In this document: positions 1 through 7,787 of the stretch, piece by piece
Position numbering within the stretch: position 1 is the stretch's first letter
Layout of the letters: every line of letters begins with the position of its first letter
NCBI GenBank assembly: GCA_964525635.1
Contig: CAZGJX010000107.1
Span: 1 to 13,072 of the forward strand
DNA length: 13,072 nt
Source: an uncultured archaeon
Lineage (GTDB): Archaea > Asgardarchaeota > Lokiarchaeia > Sigyniarchaeales > SOKP01
Direction: 5' to 3'
Notes under the pieces: generated by a model
What the model was told of the DNA's origin: nothing
Database searches by the model: none
The model's input: the letters and a program-made list of their open reading frames with translations, nothing else
Translations under genes and position numbers: made by a program

Positions 1-39
1 AGGCATGTGCTAATAAAGATTATGATTTAAAATATGTGA

Positions 40-70
40 AGAAAAAAAAAATAAATAAAAAAGAAAGAAT
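40..70 (-). terminator. Oligo-T tract downstream of the minus-strand operon (putative archaeal intrinsic terminator)
   Basis: The plus-strand A-run 'gaaaaaaaaaataaataaaaaagaaagaa' is a long T tract on the minus strand, about 30-60 bp after the stop at 102. Confidence 0.5.
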
Positions 71-101
71 TTTAATAATTTAGAGTGAGGTACTTTGTTT
101 A

Positions 102-452
102 TTAAAGGAGTTTTTTATAAATGGTGTTAATTCGAAATCCTACCTCAGTAAGAAACTTATTTTTTTCATTTAACTCTGTTTTTATCTTAGATAGATCTGT
201 ATTTTCAGTGTCAATCTCCTTTAAAGGATTAGTAATATTAAGTTTTACTAAGTAACTTTCAAAATAGAAGGGTAATTTTTCATTTAACTTCTCAAACATA
301 ATAGCTAAATGAGAAATAAATATTTTTATCAACTCTTTCTTTTCTTCTTTATTAATTTCTATGTTTTCAATGCTATGCTTTAGACTTCTTAAATCTAATT
401 CATTAAAAACAATTTTCTCAAGATATTCTGCTAATAATTCATTTTTCTCCAT
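102..452 (-). CDS. Small soluble helical hypothetical protein (116 aa), last gene of the operon
   Basis: ATG at 452 with SD-like AGAGGA just upstream; 16 bp after the stop of the large ORF; E/K/L-rich with no TM segment. Confidence 0.8.
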   Translation of the reverse strand: MEKNELLAEYLEKIVFNELDLRSLKHSIENIEINKEEKKELIKIFISHLAIMFEKLNEKLPFYFESYLVKLNITNPLKEIDTENTDLSKIKTELNEKNKFLTEVGFRINTIYKKLL

Positions 453-468
453 TGTAAATCCTCTTAAT

Positions 469-3400
469 TTATTTATATAATATCTCTTGTTGTAATTGAT
501 GGAAAAATTCTAACAATATATTGAAATTCTCTCTAATTTTAGCTTCTAAATCAAGTCCTTCCATTTCTTCAAGCTTACTTAGGTTGAGTAGATATACTAA
601 AAAGTCTTTTGTGAATGAATTCCCTAAATTATCCAAAAAGAAGATCATCGCTTTTTCTACTTGTATATTAGTTATCTTATTTGGATCACCAGGATGAAAT
701 TCACAGTAAAGATTCATAAGAAGCTTCCTTAGAATATCTCTCTGGAGAATTAATGCTTGCTTCAAATCATCCTTTTTCATAGCACTATTGATCTCAGATA
801 AATCATAGAAATAATCTCTGTTTAAATGTTCAATCAACTTTTTTTTAAATTTTGCCTGATTAATTTTAATTACTTCTCTTGAGAATTCTATAGGAGCATT
901 TACTTTCTCTAATTCATAATCAATTCCAGATTCATTTTGAATTACAACAGGTGAGACATTTATTTTATCATCACCGCGAGAGTCAAAATAGTCTTTTAAA
1001 GAGACATCATATTGAGGTCCAATAGAATAGGAAGTACGGATTGATTGCGATCCACTTGCCTTACTCGGATGGCTCTCGACAAGGTACCTATACTTAATTA
1101 AGAGAGCATAGATCTTATCTCTTATTCTCTTTATCTTGCTTTTATTCCTTGAGAATTTTTGAGATGCTTTCGGATAGATTATCTTCAGTAATTCTTCTTT
1201 AATTTTGCTTTCATAGAGATTTCCTATAGTATCAATTTTTCCCAAGATTTGCAGAAATTTAATGATCTCATCTTGAAAGATTATATAATTTCCAAAATGA
1301 GATTGTAATAAAGATTTTTGTGCTATTTTTAGCAATATGCTTTCTTTTTCCCGTAAATTATATCCTTGTATCTCCATATGTTCAATAACATGGTTATAAC
1401 TTGGAATATCTATTTCCTTTATTTTTTTCCAATCAATTACCACCGGAAATGATTGATTGGTATCATATCGTTTAATAATTATTTCATTATCTTTTAGTCC
1501 AAAGAGATAATCAATTTGATATGAATCCTTTCTGGCCGCACTGTAATATCCAAGACCATGAAGCTCTTGCAAGTTCATCTGATTTTTTAAAATAGCTAAA
1601 TCTTTTTTATCTGTTGCTTTAAAGGTTATAATATTATTGAAGTAATTAAACGTATTGTGATGAAGAAATTTGATCTGATTTGAAGAGATGATCATTCCAA
1701 ATCCCTTGCTCATTAAAGGTTCGGTAAATTTTGATATTTTACTATAATTTGCATGCTTTTCTATATAATGATTATCAAAAACAATATCGGCATTAGGGAC
1801 AACACATATTTTTTCATAATAATCATCAGATTGCTTAATGTAATGAATAAATTTAGAGAGGATTGCAAAAGAAATGAATAATTTTTGCTCTAAATCATTT
1901 AAAATAGACAAATCGATGATTATCGTCTTTTCATCTGTTAAGAATTGGTGTGGCATTATATCTTCTTCATATATTTCTGCCTCATCTTGAAATATTAAAG
2001 TCTGATCAGAAAGTTCTGTAAATAATGTTCTAACTGAATCATAATGAGAATCATTCTTCCATTCAGAATCTCGATCCACTCCTAATGTGTTAACATCAAC
2101 ACCATACCCTTCCTTTATGGAATTTCTCAATGTATTCATTGCTTTATGCTCCTGTTTAAATGCCATTCCATATGCATCAATAATGAGATCCAAGTAGTCA
2201 GTATTTTTTTTATCATATAAAATATCAGCAGTTTCTAATTTTATGCGAAATGATTTACCGAGGCTGAAATAAAGGAGATCATTTTCATATTGACTATCTT
2301 GGAAATAGTGTAATAGTTTTGACCAATTACCTGTATAATCAAACACAATAGAAGGCATCTTCTTCATTATTAATTGGGAGACTATTTTCATGAGCAAATA
2401 TTCTCTATTTAGAAAAGTTCCATTTGTTATCAGTAAATTCTTCAATTGTTCATGAGAAAATCCTGCTGGAATCTCCTGTTCTAAAAATTCGGTGTTAATA
2501 GTATTACCAATAATTATATGATTATCAAGCTCAAGTGGAGAGATAAATTCAGCGGCAATCTTCGTCTCAACTCCCTTTTTAAATTCATTTGCTATTTCTA
2601 TTAAATTAGCAATAGTTTTTCCTTGAAGTAATAGATAATTAAAATGTGTGCCAGCCTTTCGGAAGAATTTATTTTTTAGGCTATTTCCTATAATTGCTGT
2701 TACCAAGTTGTTTTTCTTCAACTCAATTAAGTGATAATTTGTTAGGTTAGCTATGAAAATATTATAAAAATGAGCACATTGTAATGCCAATTTTTCTTCC
2801 ATTTGCTTGAGGCTCTCAATAGTTATTTTATTCAGGGAGAGATGCTCAGATATTGTATATAATAAGCATGTTCTCCATATACCGCCACGCATGATAATCC
2901 ATTGTTCTCTCTTGACATCCGTATTTCGTTGCAAAAGCTCTTTTATAGCATAGGTATTTAGTTTCTTAGAACCTTCTTTCATGAAGTTGAGAAAACTAAT
3001 GGGAGAGATAATCGCCGTATAGGTGAAGGGGATTTGTTGGCTTACCATAGATCGATAAAATTTATCTAAATTTGCGATAAATTTATTATCACTTCCATAA
3101 TATTGAGGAACATCGGCAAATTGTGCATTAAATGATTTTAATGCAAAGAGAGTTCTATTATTTGCATGAACAAATATGGAGTCGCTTACATTTCGCGAGA
3201 AATAAAATTTATACGACTGAAATGGATATATCACTTCTTTATGATCTTTAAAAAGAACGCCTTGGTATAGTAAATAGAGGGCTTCTCTCCAAAATAAGAC
3301 TAAAATTATAATAAAGCAGATTACATTTGCGTTAAGAATAATTATAAAATTAATTTTTAAGTTAAAAAATAAAAAGTCTAAGCAGACTATAATAATAATT

Positions 3401-4233
3401 ATCATTAACCCTTTTAGAAATGAACTTTTAGAAAATGATTTCTTGTAAGATTCTTTTTTATAATCCAACTCTCTACCAAATGATATTGTCTGAATCGCCT
3501 CTATTAATGAATTGTCAGAAAGAGAATCAATCCTATAGTGGGGTAAATTAGCAATGCAAGTACTTTTGAACGAATGTGAAAAGATCTCTAAAGCTTTTCT
3601 TATAATATCAAACCTATTCTCATTGAGAAATCCATCAATATAATAAGAAATCGTAAAATATATCGATGTTTTTATTATTTTTTCAGATCCTTTTTTGATG
3701 ATTGGAGTTTGAATTATTTGATAACTGAAGGGTATTTTTACAATACTTAGTGATTTCATAAAATTATTCAAATTGGGCTTTACATTTTCAGCAATTATCC
3801 CAATTTTGAACATACGAATCCCTATGTGTCGTAAATCCTTCTTATTAGAGATAATTATTGTGTATGGATCTTTGTCAGTTCTCCAGAAATCTAAATTTTT
3901 AAAGGGATATACCTTTCCAAATTTCCTAAAAGAGAAATAAAAGGAAAAGAAATTATCCCTAAAGATAATTAAAAATGATATAACAAGTATAAAAGTAATA
4001 AATAATGAATGAATTAAACTTTCATAGAGTAAATATATAAGATAATAGAAAAGTACCATTAAACCCAATAAAAATAGAGCTTGTATAATTACAAATCTTA
4101 AATTGATATCTTTTAATGATGGGATTTTATACCATATGTTTAGATAACTCTTCTTTGATTCCTGCCAGAGATATACCTTTCTACCTTCTTGATTTTCCTC
4201 TTCATCATTGTATATGTTTATCGGTCCTGACAT
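469..4233 (-). CDS. Large membrane protein (~1254 aa): two tandem (2TM + soluble) modules, a HerA/FtsK/VirB4-like P-loop domain with degenerate Walker motifs, and a helical C-terminal region
   Basis: The likely start is ATG 4233 (MSGP), 2 bp after the upstream TAA and preceded by AGGAGAGGAG; the ORF-track start at 4290 overlaps the upstream gene. HerA/VirB4-type motifs occur in the expected order: HIIIGNTI, NLLITNGTFLNREY (Walker A position), PSIVFDYTGNW, KTIIIDLSIL, KICVVPNAD (Walker B position), GFGMIISSNQ, NYFNNIITFKATDKKDL. Confidence 0.85.
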   Translation of the reverse strand: MSGPINIYNDEEENQEGRKVYLWQESKKSYLNIWYKIPSLKDINLRFVIIQALFLLGLMVLFYYLIYLLYESLIHSLFITFILVISFLIIFRDNFFSFYFSFRKFGKVYPFKNLDFWRTDKDPYTIIISNKKDLRHIGIRMFKIGIIAENVKPNLNNFMKSLSIVKIPFSYQIIQTPIIKKGSEKIIKTSIYFTISYYIDGFLNENRFDIIRKALEIFSHSFKSTCIANLPHYRIDSLSDNSLIEAIQTISFGRELDYKKESYKKSFSKSSFLKGLMIIIIIVCLDFLFFNLKINFIIILNANVICFIIILVLFWREALYLLYQGVLFKDHKEVIYPFQSYKFYFSRNVSDSIFVHANNRTLFALKSFNAQFADVPQYYGSDNKFIANLDKFYRSMVSQQIPFTYTAIISPISFLNFMKEGSKKLNTYAIKELLQRNTDVKREQWIIMRGGIWRTCLLYTISEHLSLNKITIESLKQMEEKLALQCAHFYNIFIANLTNYHLIELKKNNLVTAIIGNSLKNKFFRKAGTHFNYLLLQGKTIANLIEIANEFKKGVETKIAAEFISPLELDNHIIIGNTINTEFLEQEIPAGFSHEQLKNLLITNGTFLNREYLLMKIVSQLIMKKMPSIVFDYTGNWSKLLHYFQDSQYENDLLYFSLGKSFRIKLETADILYDKKNTDYLDLIIDAYGMAFKQEHKAMNTLRNSIKEGYGVDVNTLGVDRDSEWKNDSHYDSVRTLFTELSDQTLIFQDEAEIYEEDIMPHQFLTDEKTIIIDLSILNDLEQKLFISFAILSKFIHYIKQSDDYYEKICVVPNADIVFDNHYIEKHANYSKISKFTEPLMSKGFGMIISSNQIKFLHHNTFNYFNNIITFKATDKKDLAILKNQMNLQELHGLGYYSAARKDSYQIDYLFGLKDNEIIIKRYDTNQSFPVVIDWKKIKEIDIPSYNHVIEHMEIQGYNLREKESILLKIAQKSLLQSHFGNYIIFQDEIIKFLQILGKIDTIGNLYESKIKEELLKIIYPKASQKFSRNKSKIKRIRDKIYALLIKYRYLVESHPSKASGSQSIRTSYSIGPQYDVSLKDYFDSRGDDKINVSPVVIQNESGIDYELEKVNAPIEFSREVIKINQAKFKKKLIEHLNRDYFYDLSEINSAMKKDDLKQALILQRDILRKLLMNLYCEFHPGDPNKITNIQVEKAMIFFLDNLGNSFTKDFLVYLLNLSKLEEMEGLDLEAKIRENFNILLEFFHQLQQEILYK

Positions 4234-4235
4234 TT

Positions 4236-5096
4236 TTATCTCCTCTCCTTTAAGAAATAATTCCAATAAATAAAAAATATAAGCAAGCATAATCCAAAGA
4301 TCATTAATAGAAATGAGCCTAAGCCCTCTAATATTAGGGGATTTTCCATAGCTTCATAGACCATAGTGATCCCAAATAAAAAGAAAGTAATAAAAATACC
4401 AAGAAGAAAGAATCCAAAAAGCTTATACTGAGAATCTTTGAATATAAGACTATCTTTTAGAGTTCCTCGAATTATTATCTTATTTCCATTATTTCTCTCT
4501 AAAGAGGCTTTAGCTTGCTGTAATGCGATAGCAGATTCAAATAATTCTGGAGAGTATTGTTTATTTAACTGATTCCTCACCTTTTCTTCTTTTTTTGCTA
4601 TTTTGTACAGAATCAAATTTTTGACTTGATTGGAATCTTGATGGCTTCCTTTATTTGAAAATAAATTTGAATAGGAAGCAACCTCACTTACTCCTTTCAG
4701 AAGGTTTTTATCAATTTTCTTATGGAGATTTGGAACCTCTAGCTTTCTTATATCATAATATAACTCAAACGCCTCTGAGACTTGTTGCAAATTTAATTGG
4801 CCTTTTGTTCTTAGAAATATAAGTTCAATTCGTTTGCAATCTTTTACAAGTTCCTGATTAAAAAATATAATATTAAAACTATCTTGAGATATTTTATTAA
4901 TTAATGTCATATATTCATAGATGTTCTCATCATCTTTTCTATTGCGCGACCTTATTCCTAATTTTAGACCAATCTCGTTCATCCGGTTACTTAGCAAAAT
5001 AAAACAGGCAACTGCTAATTTTCTATAGTTTTGAGACTTCTTACACACTCTAATTAATTCCTTGAGCTTATGATCAATTAACTCTTCTGAAATCAA
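4236..5096 (-). CDS. Hypothetical protein (286 aa) with a soluble helical N-terminal region and two C-terminal TM helices
   Basis: The TTG start directly abuts the upstream TAA (TAATTG), with GAAGGGGGA upstream. Hydrophobic segments LFGFFLLGIFITFFLFGITMVY and GLGSFLLMIFGLCLLIFFIYW are followed by a basic tail (KERR). Confidence 0.85.
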   Translation of the reverse strand: MISEELIDHKLKELIRVCKKSQNYRKLAVACFILLSNRMNEIGLKLGIRSRNRKDDENIYEYMTLINKISQDSFNIIFFNQELVKDCKRIELIFLRTKGQLNLQQVSEAFELYYDIRKLEVPNLHKKIDKNLLKGVSEVASYSNLFSNKGSHQDSNQVKNLILYKIAKKEEKVRNQLNKQYSPELFESAIALQQAKASLERNNGNKIIIRGTLKDSLIFKDSQYKLFGFFLLGIFITFFLFGITMVYEAMENPLILEGLGSFLLMIFGLCLLIFFIYWNYFLKERR

Positions 5097-5819
5097 TTAA
5101 ATCCCCCCTTCTCGTATAATTTGAGTCTTTACTTTTAATTCTTCATTTTTCTGCATCTTTTTAAATTGGTTTCGTATATCCTCCTCAGCAATGAATTTAT
5201 CAAAATCAAGATCTTCATTCTCTTTTGCTAAAAAGTCTTTAATAATCTTCTCGGAATCCTCATGATCAACTTCATATTTTTGAACTGTGTGGAAATATAG
5301 AGCTACATAAGGAAATACAAGGATAAATGAAATAAATTGTAAGTAATAACCAATATTGATAAAATTGAAATATATTATCCCTATATCTTCATCTGAAAGG
5401 GTGATTATAGGAAAATACAGACCATTTGAGATTAAGTAAAAAGCGGGTATGATAAATATATAAAATCCAATGAATAAAACAAACGTTAAAAGAACATATA
5501 CATACGGTCTTAAAGCGATATAATCTTTAGCGCTTATAACATCCTTAAAAAGAACAACAAACACCGAGCCAACTAATAAGACAATGAATATTATATGGAT
5601 TTCAATAGGAATCTCCAATTCGGGGGGCTTTAATAGATCATTATACCCTCTTTGATTATTTAATTGTGTTGTCCAGCTAAAAAAGAGGTTTAGATTCCAT
5701 GAGAGAACTAATTCCCCATCTTCAAAACCCTGATAACTATAATAGTCTACAAACAGAGAAAGAAAAGAAAGGCAGACTCCGATAAAAAAAGTTAATTTGA
5801 AAATTAGTTGTGCTTTCAT
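5097..5819 (-). CDS. Four-TM membrane protein with a charged C-terminal tail (~240 aa), first gene of the operon
   Basis: Four hydrophobic segments. ATG 5819 (MKAQ) is preferred over TTG 5840 because the TATA-containing motif at 5843-5858 ends 24 bp upstream of it, whereas TTG 5840 would lie only 3 bp from the motif. Confidence 0.85.
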   Translation of the reverse strand: MKAQLIFKLTFFIGVCLSFLSLFVDYYSYQGFEDGELVLSWNLNLFFSWTTQLNNQRGYNDLLKPPELEIPIEIHIIFIVLLVGSVFVVLFKDVISAKDYIALRPYVYVLLTFVLFIGFYIFIIPAFYLISNGLYFPIITLSDEDIGIIYFNFINIGYYLQFISFILVFPYVALYFHTVQKYEVDHEDSEKIIKDFLAKENEDLDFDKFIAEEDIRNQFKKMQKNEELKVKTQIIREGGI

Positions 5820-5842
5820 AATTAGATCCAAATGAGACAAAA

Positions 5843-5858
5843 CTATTTAAAGAAAAAA
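5843..5858 (-). promoter_or_regulatory. Shared promoter motif copy 1: TTTTTTCTTTAAATAG (TATA box TTTAAATA with a T-rich element in the BRE position)
   Basis: Identical 16-mer also at 9589-9604 (-) and 9795-9810 (+); ends 24 bp before ATG 5819. Confidence 0.75.
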
Positions 5859-5862
5859 ATCT

Positions 5863-5981
5863 GGGTAGGTACAAATGTTAGTGATAAAAATGCATAAATT
5901 GATTTATTTTAGAATATTTCTCCTAAAATTATAATTTAATAAAAGAATATATTCTTCCATCACTGAATTTTGTACGCACCC
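5863..5981. mobile_element. MITE copy 1 (119 bp, non-autonomous, 23-bp imperfect terminal inverted repeats)
   Basis: Identical to 9672-9790. Left end GGGTAGGTACAAATGTTAGTGAT versus reverse-complemented right end GGGTGCGTACAAAATTCAGTGAT (18/23 match). No coding capacity. The 8-bp flanks AAAAATCT / AAAATTAG do not form a TSD. Confidence 0.9.
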
Positions 5982-6197
5982 AAAATTAGTTTTTTCATTC
6001 TATAGAAAAAGATGATATTGTAATTATAACATTTTAGACCAATTACTATTTATATCCCTTAAGGTCGTTTAATATAGATTTTGATTATAATCTAATCCAA
6101 TCTTCTCTTATTTTTTAACCTTAATATGATTGTGAATATAAAAGATTAAATATTAGTTCTCGGTTAATAATAAGTATATCATAAAATTCTGATTCTT

Positions 6198-7751
6198 ATG
6201 TTAGAATTAGGAAAAGTTAGAAACAAGTATATTGTGAAATTTTTTCTTATCTTGGGTGTCTTTTTCTTAACTGGATATTTTATACAACTAAGCTCATATT
6301 TTAATAGCAATCAATCGAATTTTCAGGAAAATGATACATTAATAGATGATACGTTAAAAACAAGTAATATGCCTATTTGGAGTACAGATTATGAGGGTTA
6401 TTTGACTGAATCAATAGCAATGTCTTCTGATGGAAATTACATAATAGTAGGTCAAACTGATCATTATGTCTATCTATATGAAAAATCAAGTTCCACACCT
6501 CTATGGGGCTATGAGACAGGTGAAGTCAGTGAAGTTGCAATCTCTTCTGATGGAAGTTATATTGCAGTAGCTAGTAGTGGGGGAATTTATTTATTTGATA
6601 AAACAAGTTCCACTCCTTTATGGAATAATAATACTCCTTCTTACCGAATTGATATATCTTCTGATGGGGCTTACATTGCAGTATTAGGAGGAGTTAGCGA
6701 TCAAGTATATCTATTTAATAAAGCAAGTCCCACACCATTGTGGAGTTATGATACGTCTTGGGGAACTTACCCAGAAACAATTTCTATATCCTCTAATGGT
6801 GATTATATAGTAGTAGGTGCTGAACCAACAGTTTATTTCTTTAGTAGGACAAGCTCAACTCCATTATGGATACAATCAATTGGAAATCTTATATGGGACA
6901 CCGATATTTCCTCAGATGGATATTATATTGCTGCAGCTTGTGGTGATGGGCTCTTTTTTTTTGAAAGAACAAGTTCCACTCCCTTATGGGAGTATGATAC
7001 TTATACTTCTATGGTATCTATCTCATCTGATGGAAATTACATTGTTACAGATGGTAATAGTGGACCTACTTTATTAGAAAGGACAAGTTCAACTCCTTTA
7101 TGGGAAACGGATCTTCATCCTCACTCAGTAGCAATATCCTCTAATGGGAATTATATCGTTGTTTGTTCAGGTCAAAAAGTCTATTATTATGTGAGATCAA
7201 GTTCCACTCCATTATGGATTTTTAATAATATGGGTGATGGTGTAGGAAATTTTTACGTATCAATTTCCTCAGATGGAAATGATATTGTTGCTGGAATGGG
7301 ATGGATATATTTCTTTAATCATGATGCAATTCAGATTACCAGTCCCACATTATCAGAAGTATGGCAGGCGGGTAATAGTTATGATATTATATGGACATGG
7401 TTAGGGAGTATAACCTCTGTGGATATCAAACTATATTTATGGAAATATAATTATGTTCAGGATATAGCTCTGGATATTAATAATGTTGGATCATTTTCAT
7501 GGGCAATTCCAAATGATTTAGATAGCGATAACCATTATATTATATGGATTATTGATTCATCTGGATCTGGTATTTATGATGTGAGCTATGATTTTGAAAT
7601 AGAGAATAATTCTGGAACAACTGGAACTACTGGGACTACTGGAACTACGGAATCTAATTCTGGAATTGCAGGATTTAATATATTAATACTTATCATTTCA
7701 ATTGGAAGTATTTCAATAATTATCATCAAAAAGAAATATTCAAAAATTTAA
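6198..7751 (+). CDS. Secreted/surface protein: N-terminal signal/TM, 8-bladed WD40/PQQ-like beta-propeller, Ig-like (Kre9/Ser-Thr-rich GPI-anchored-type) domain, Gly-Thr linker, C-terminal sorting/TM tail
   Basis: Eight ~40-aa repeats (SSTPLW...V/ISISSDGxYIxV...VYLF); IQITSP...WQAGNSYDIIWTW Ig-like start; (GTT)4 linker; IAGF + hydrophobic helix + KKK tail resembling PGF-CTERM/Loki-CTERM signals. Confidence 0.9.
   Translation: MLELGKVRNKYIVKFFLILGVFFLTGYFIQLSSYFNSNQSNFQENDTLIDDTLKTSNMPIWSTDYEGYLTESIAMSSDGNYIIVGQTDHYVYLYEKSSSTPLWGYETGEVSEVAISSDGSYIAVASSGGIYLFDKTSSTPLWNNNTPSYRIDISSDGAYIAVLGGVSDQVYLFNKASPTPLWSYDTSWGTYPETISISSNGDYIVVGAEPTVYFFSRTSSTPLWIQSIGNLIWDTDISSDGYYIAAACGDGLFFFERTSSTPLWEYDTYTSMVSISSDGNYIVTDGNSGPTLLERTSSTPLWETDLHPHSVAISSNGNYIVVCSGQKVYYYVRSSSTPLWIFNNMGDGVGNFYVSISSDGNDIVAGMGWIYFFNHDAIQITSPTLSEVWQAGNSYDIIWTWLGSITSVDIKLYLWKYNYVQDIALDINNVGSFSWAIPNDLDSDNHYIIWIIDSSGSGIYDVSYDFEIENNSGTTGTTGTTGTTESNSGIAGFNILILIISIGSISIIIIKKKYSKI
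7614..7649 (+). repeat. 9-bp tandem repeat (GGAACTACT-like x4) encoding the GTT linker
   Basis: gga aca act / gga act act / ggg act act / gga act acg; bracketed by TAATTCTGGAA at 7607-7617 and 7655-7665. Confidence 0.8.
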
Positions 7752-7785
7752 TTTTTTTTTCTTAATTTTAGTACCTAAAAAAAGC
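7752..7785. terminator. Putative bidirectional T-tract terminator between convergent genes
   Basis: T9 run immediately after the + strand stop at 7751, and an A run near 7777-7783 that is a T run for the - strand gene ending at 7788. Confidence 0.5.
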
Positions 7786-7787
7786 AT

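Noticed and set aside
6817-7077. 86-aa + strand ORF
   Set aside because: Alternative frame inside the beta-propeller gene with no recognisable features.
6370-7320. Regularly spaced DNA repeats as a CRISPR array or DGR template/variable repeats
   Set aside because: The repeats are degenerate, in frame and explained by propeller blades. There is no adenine-specific pattern, reverse transcriptase or cas gene.
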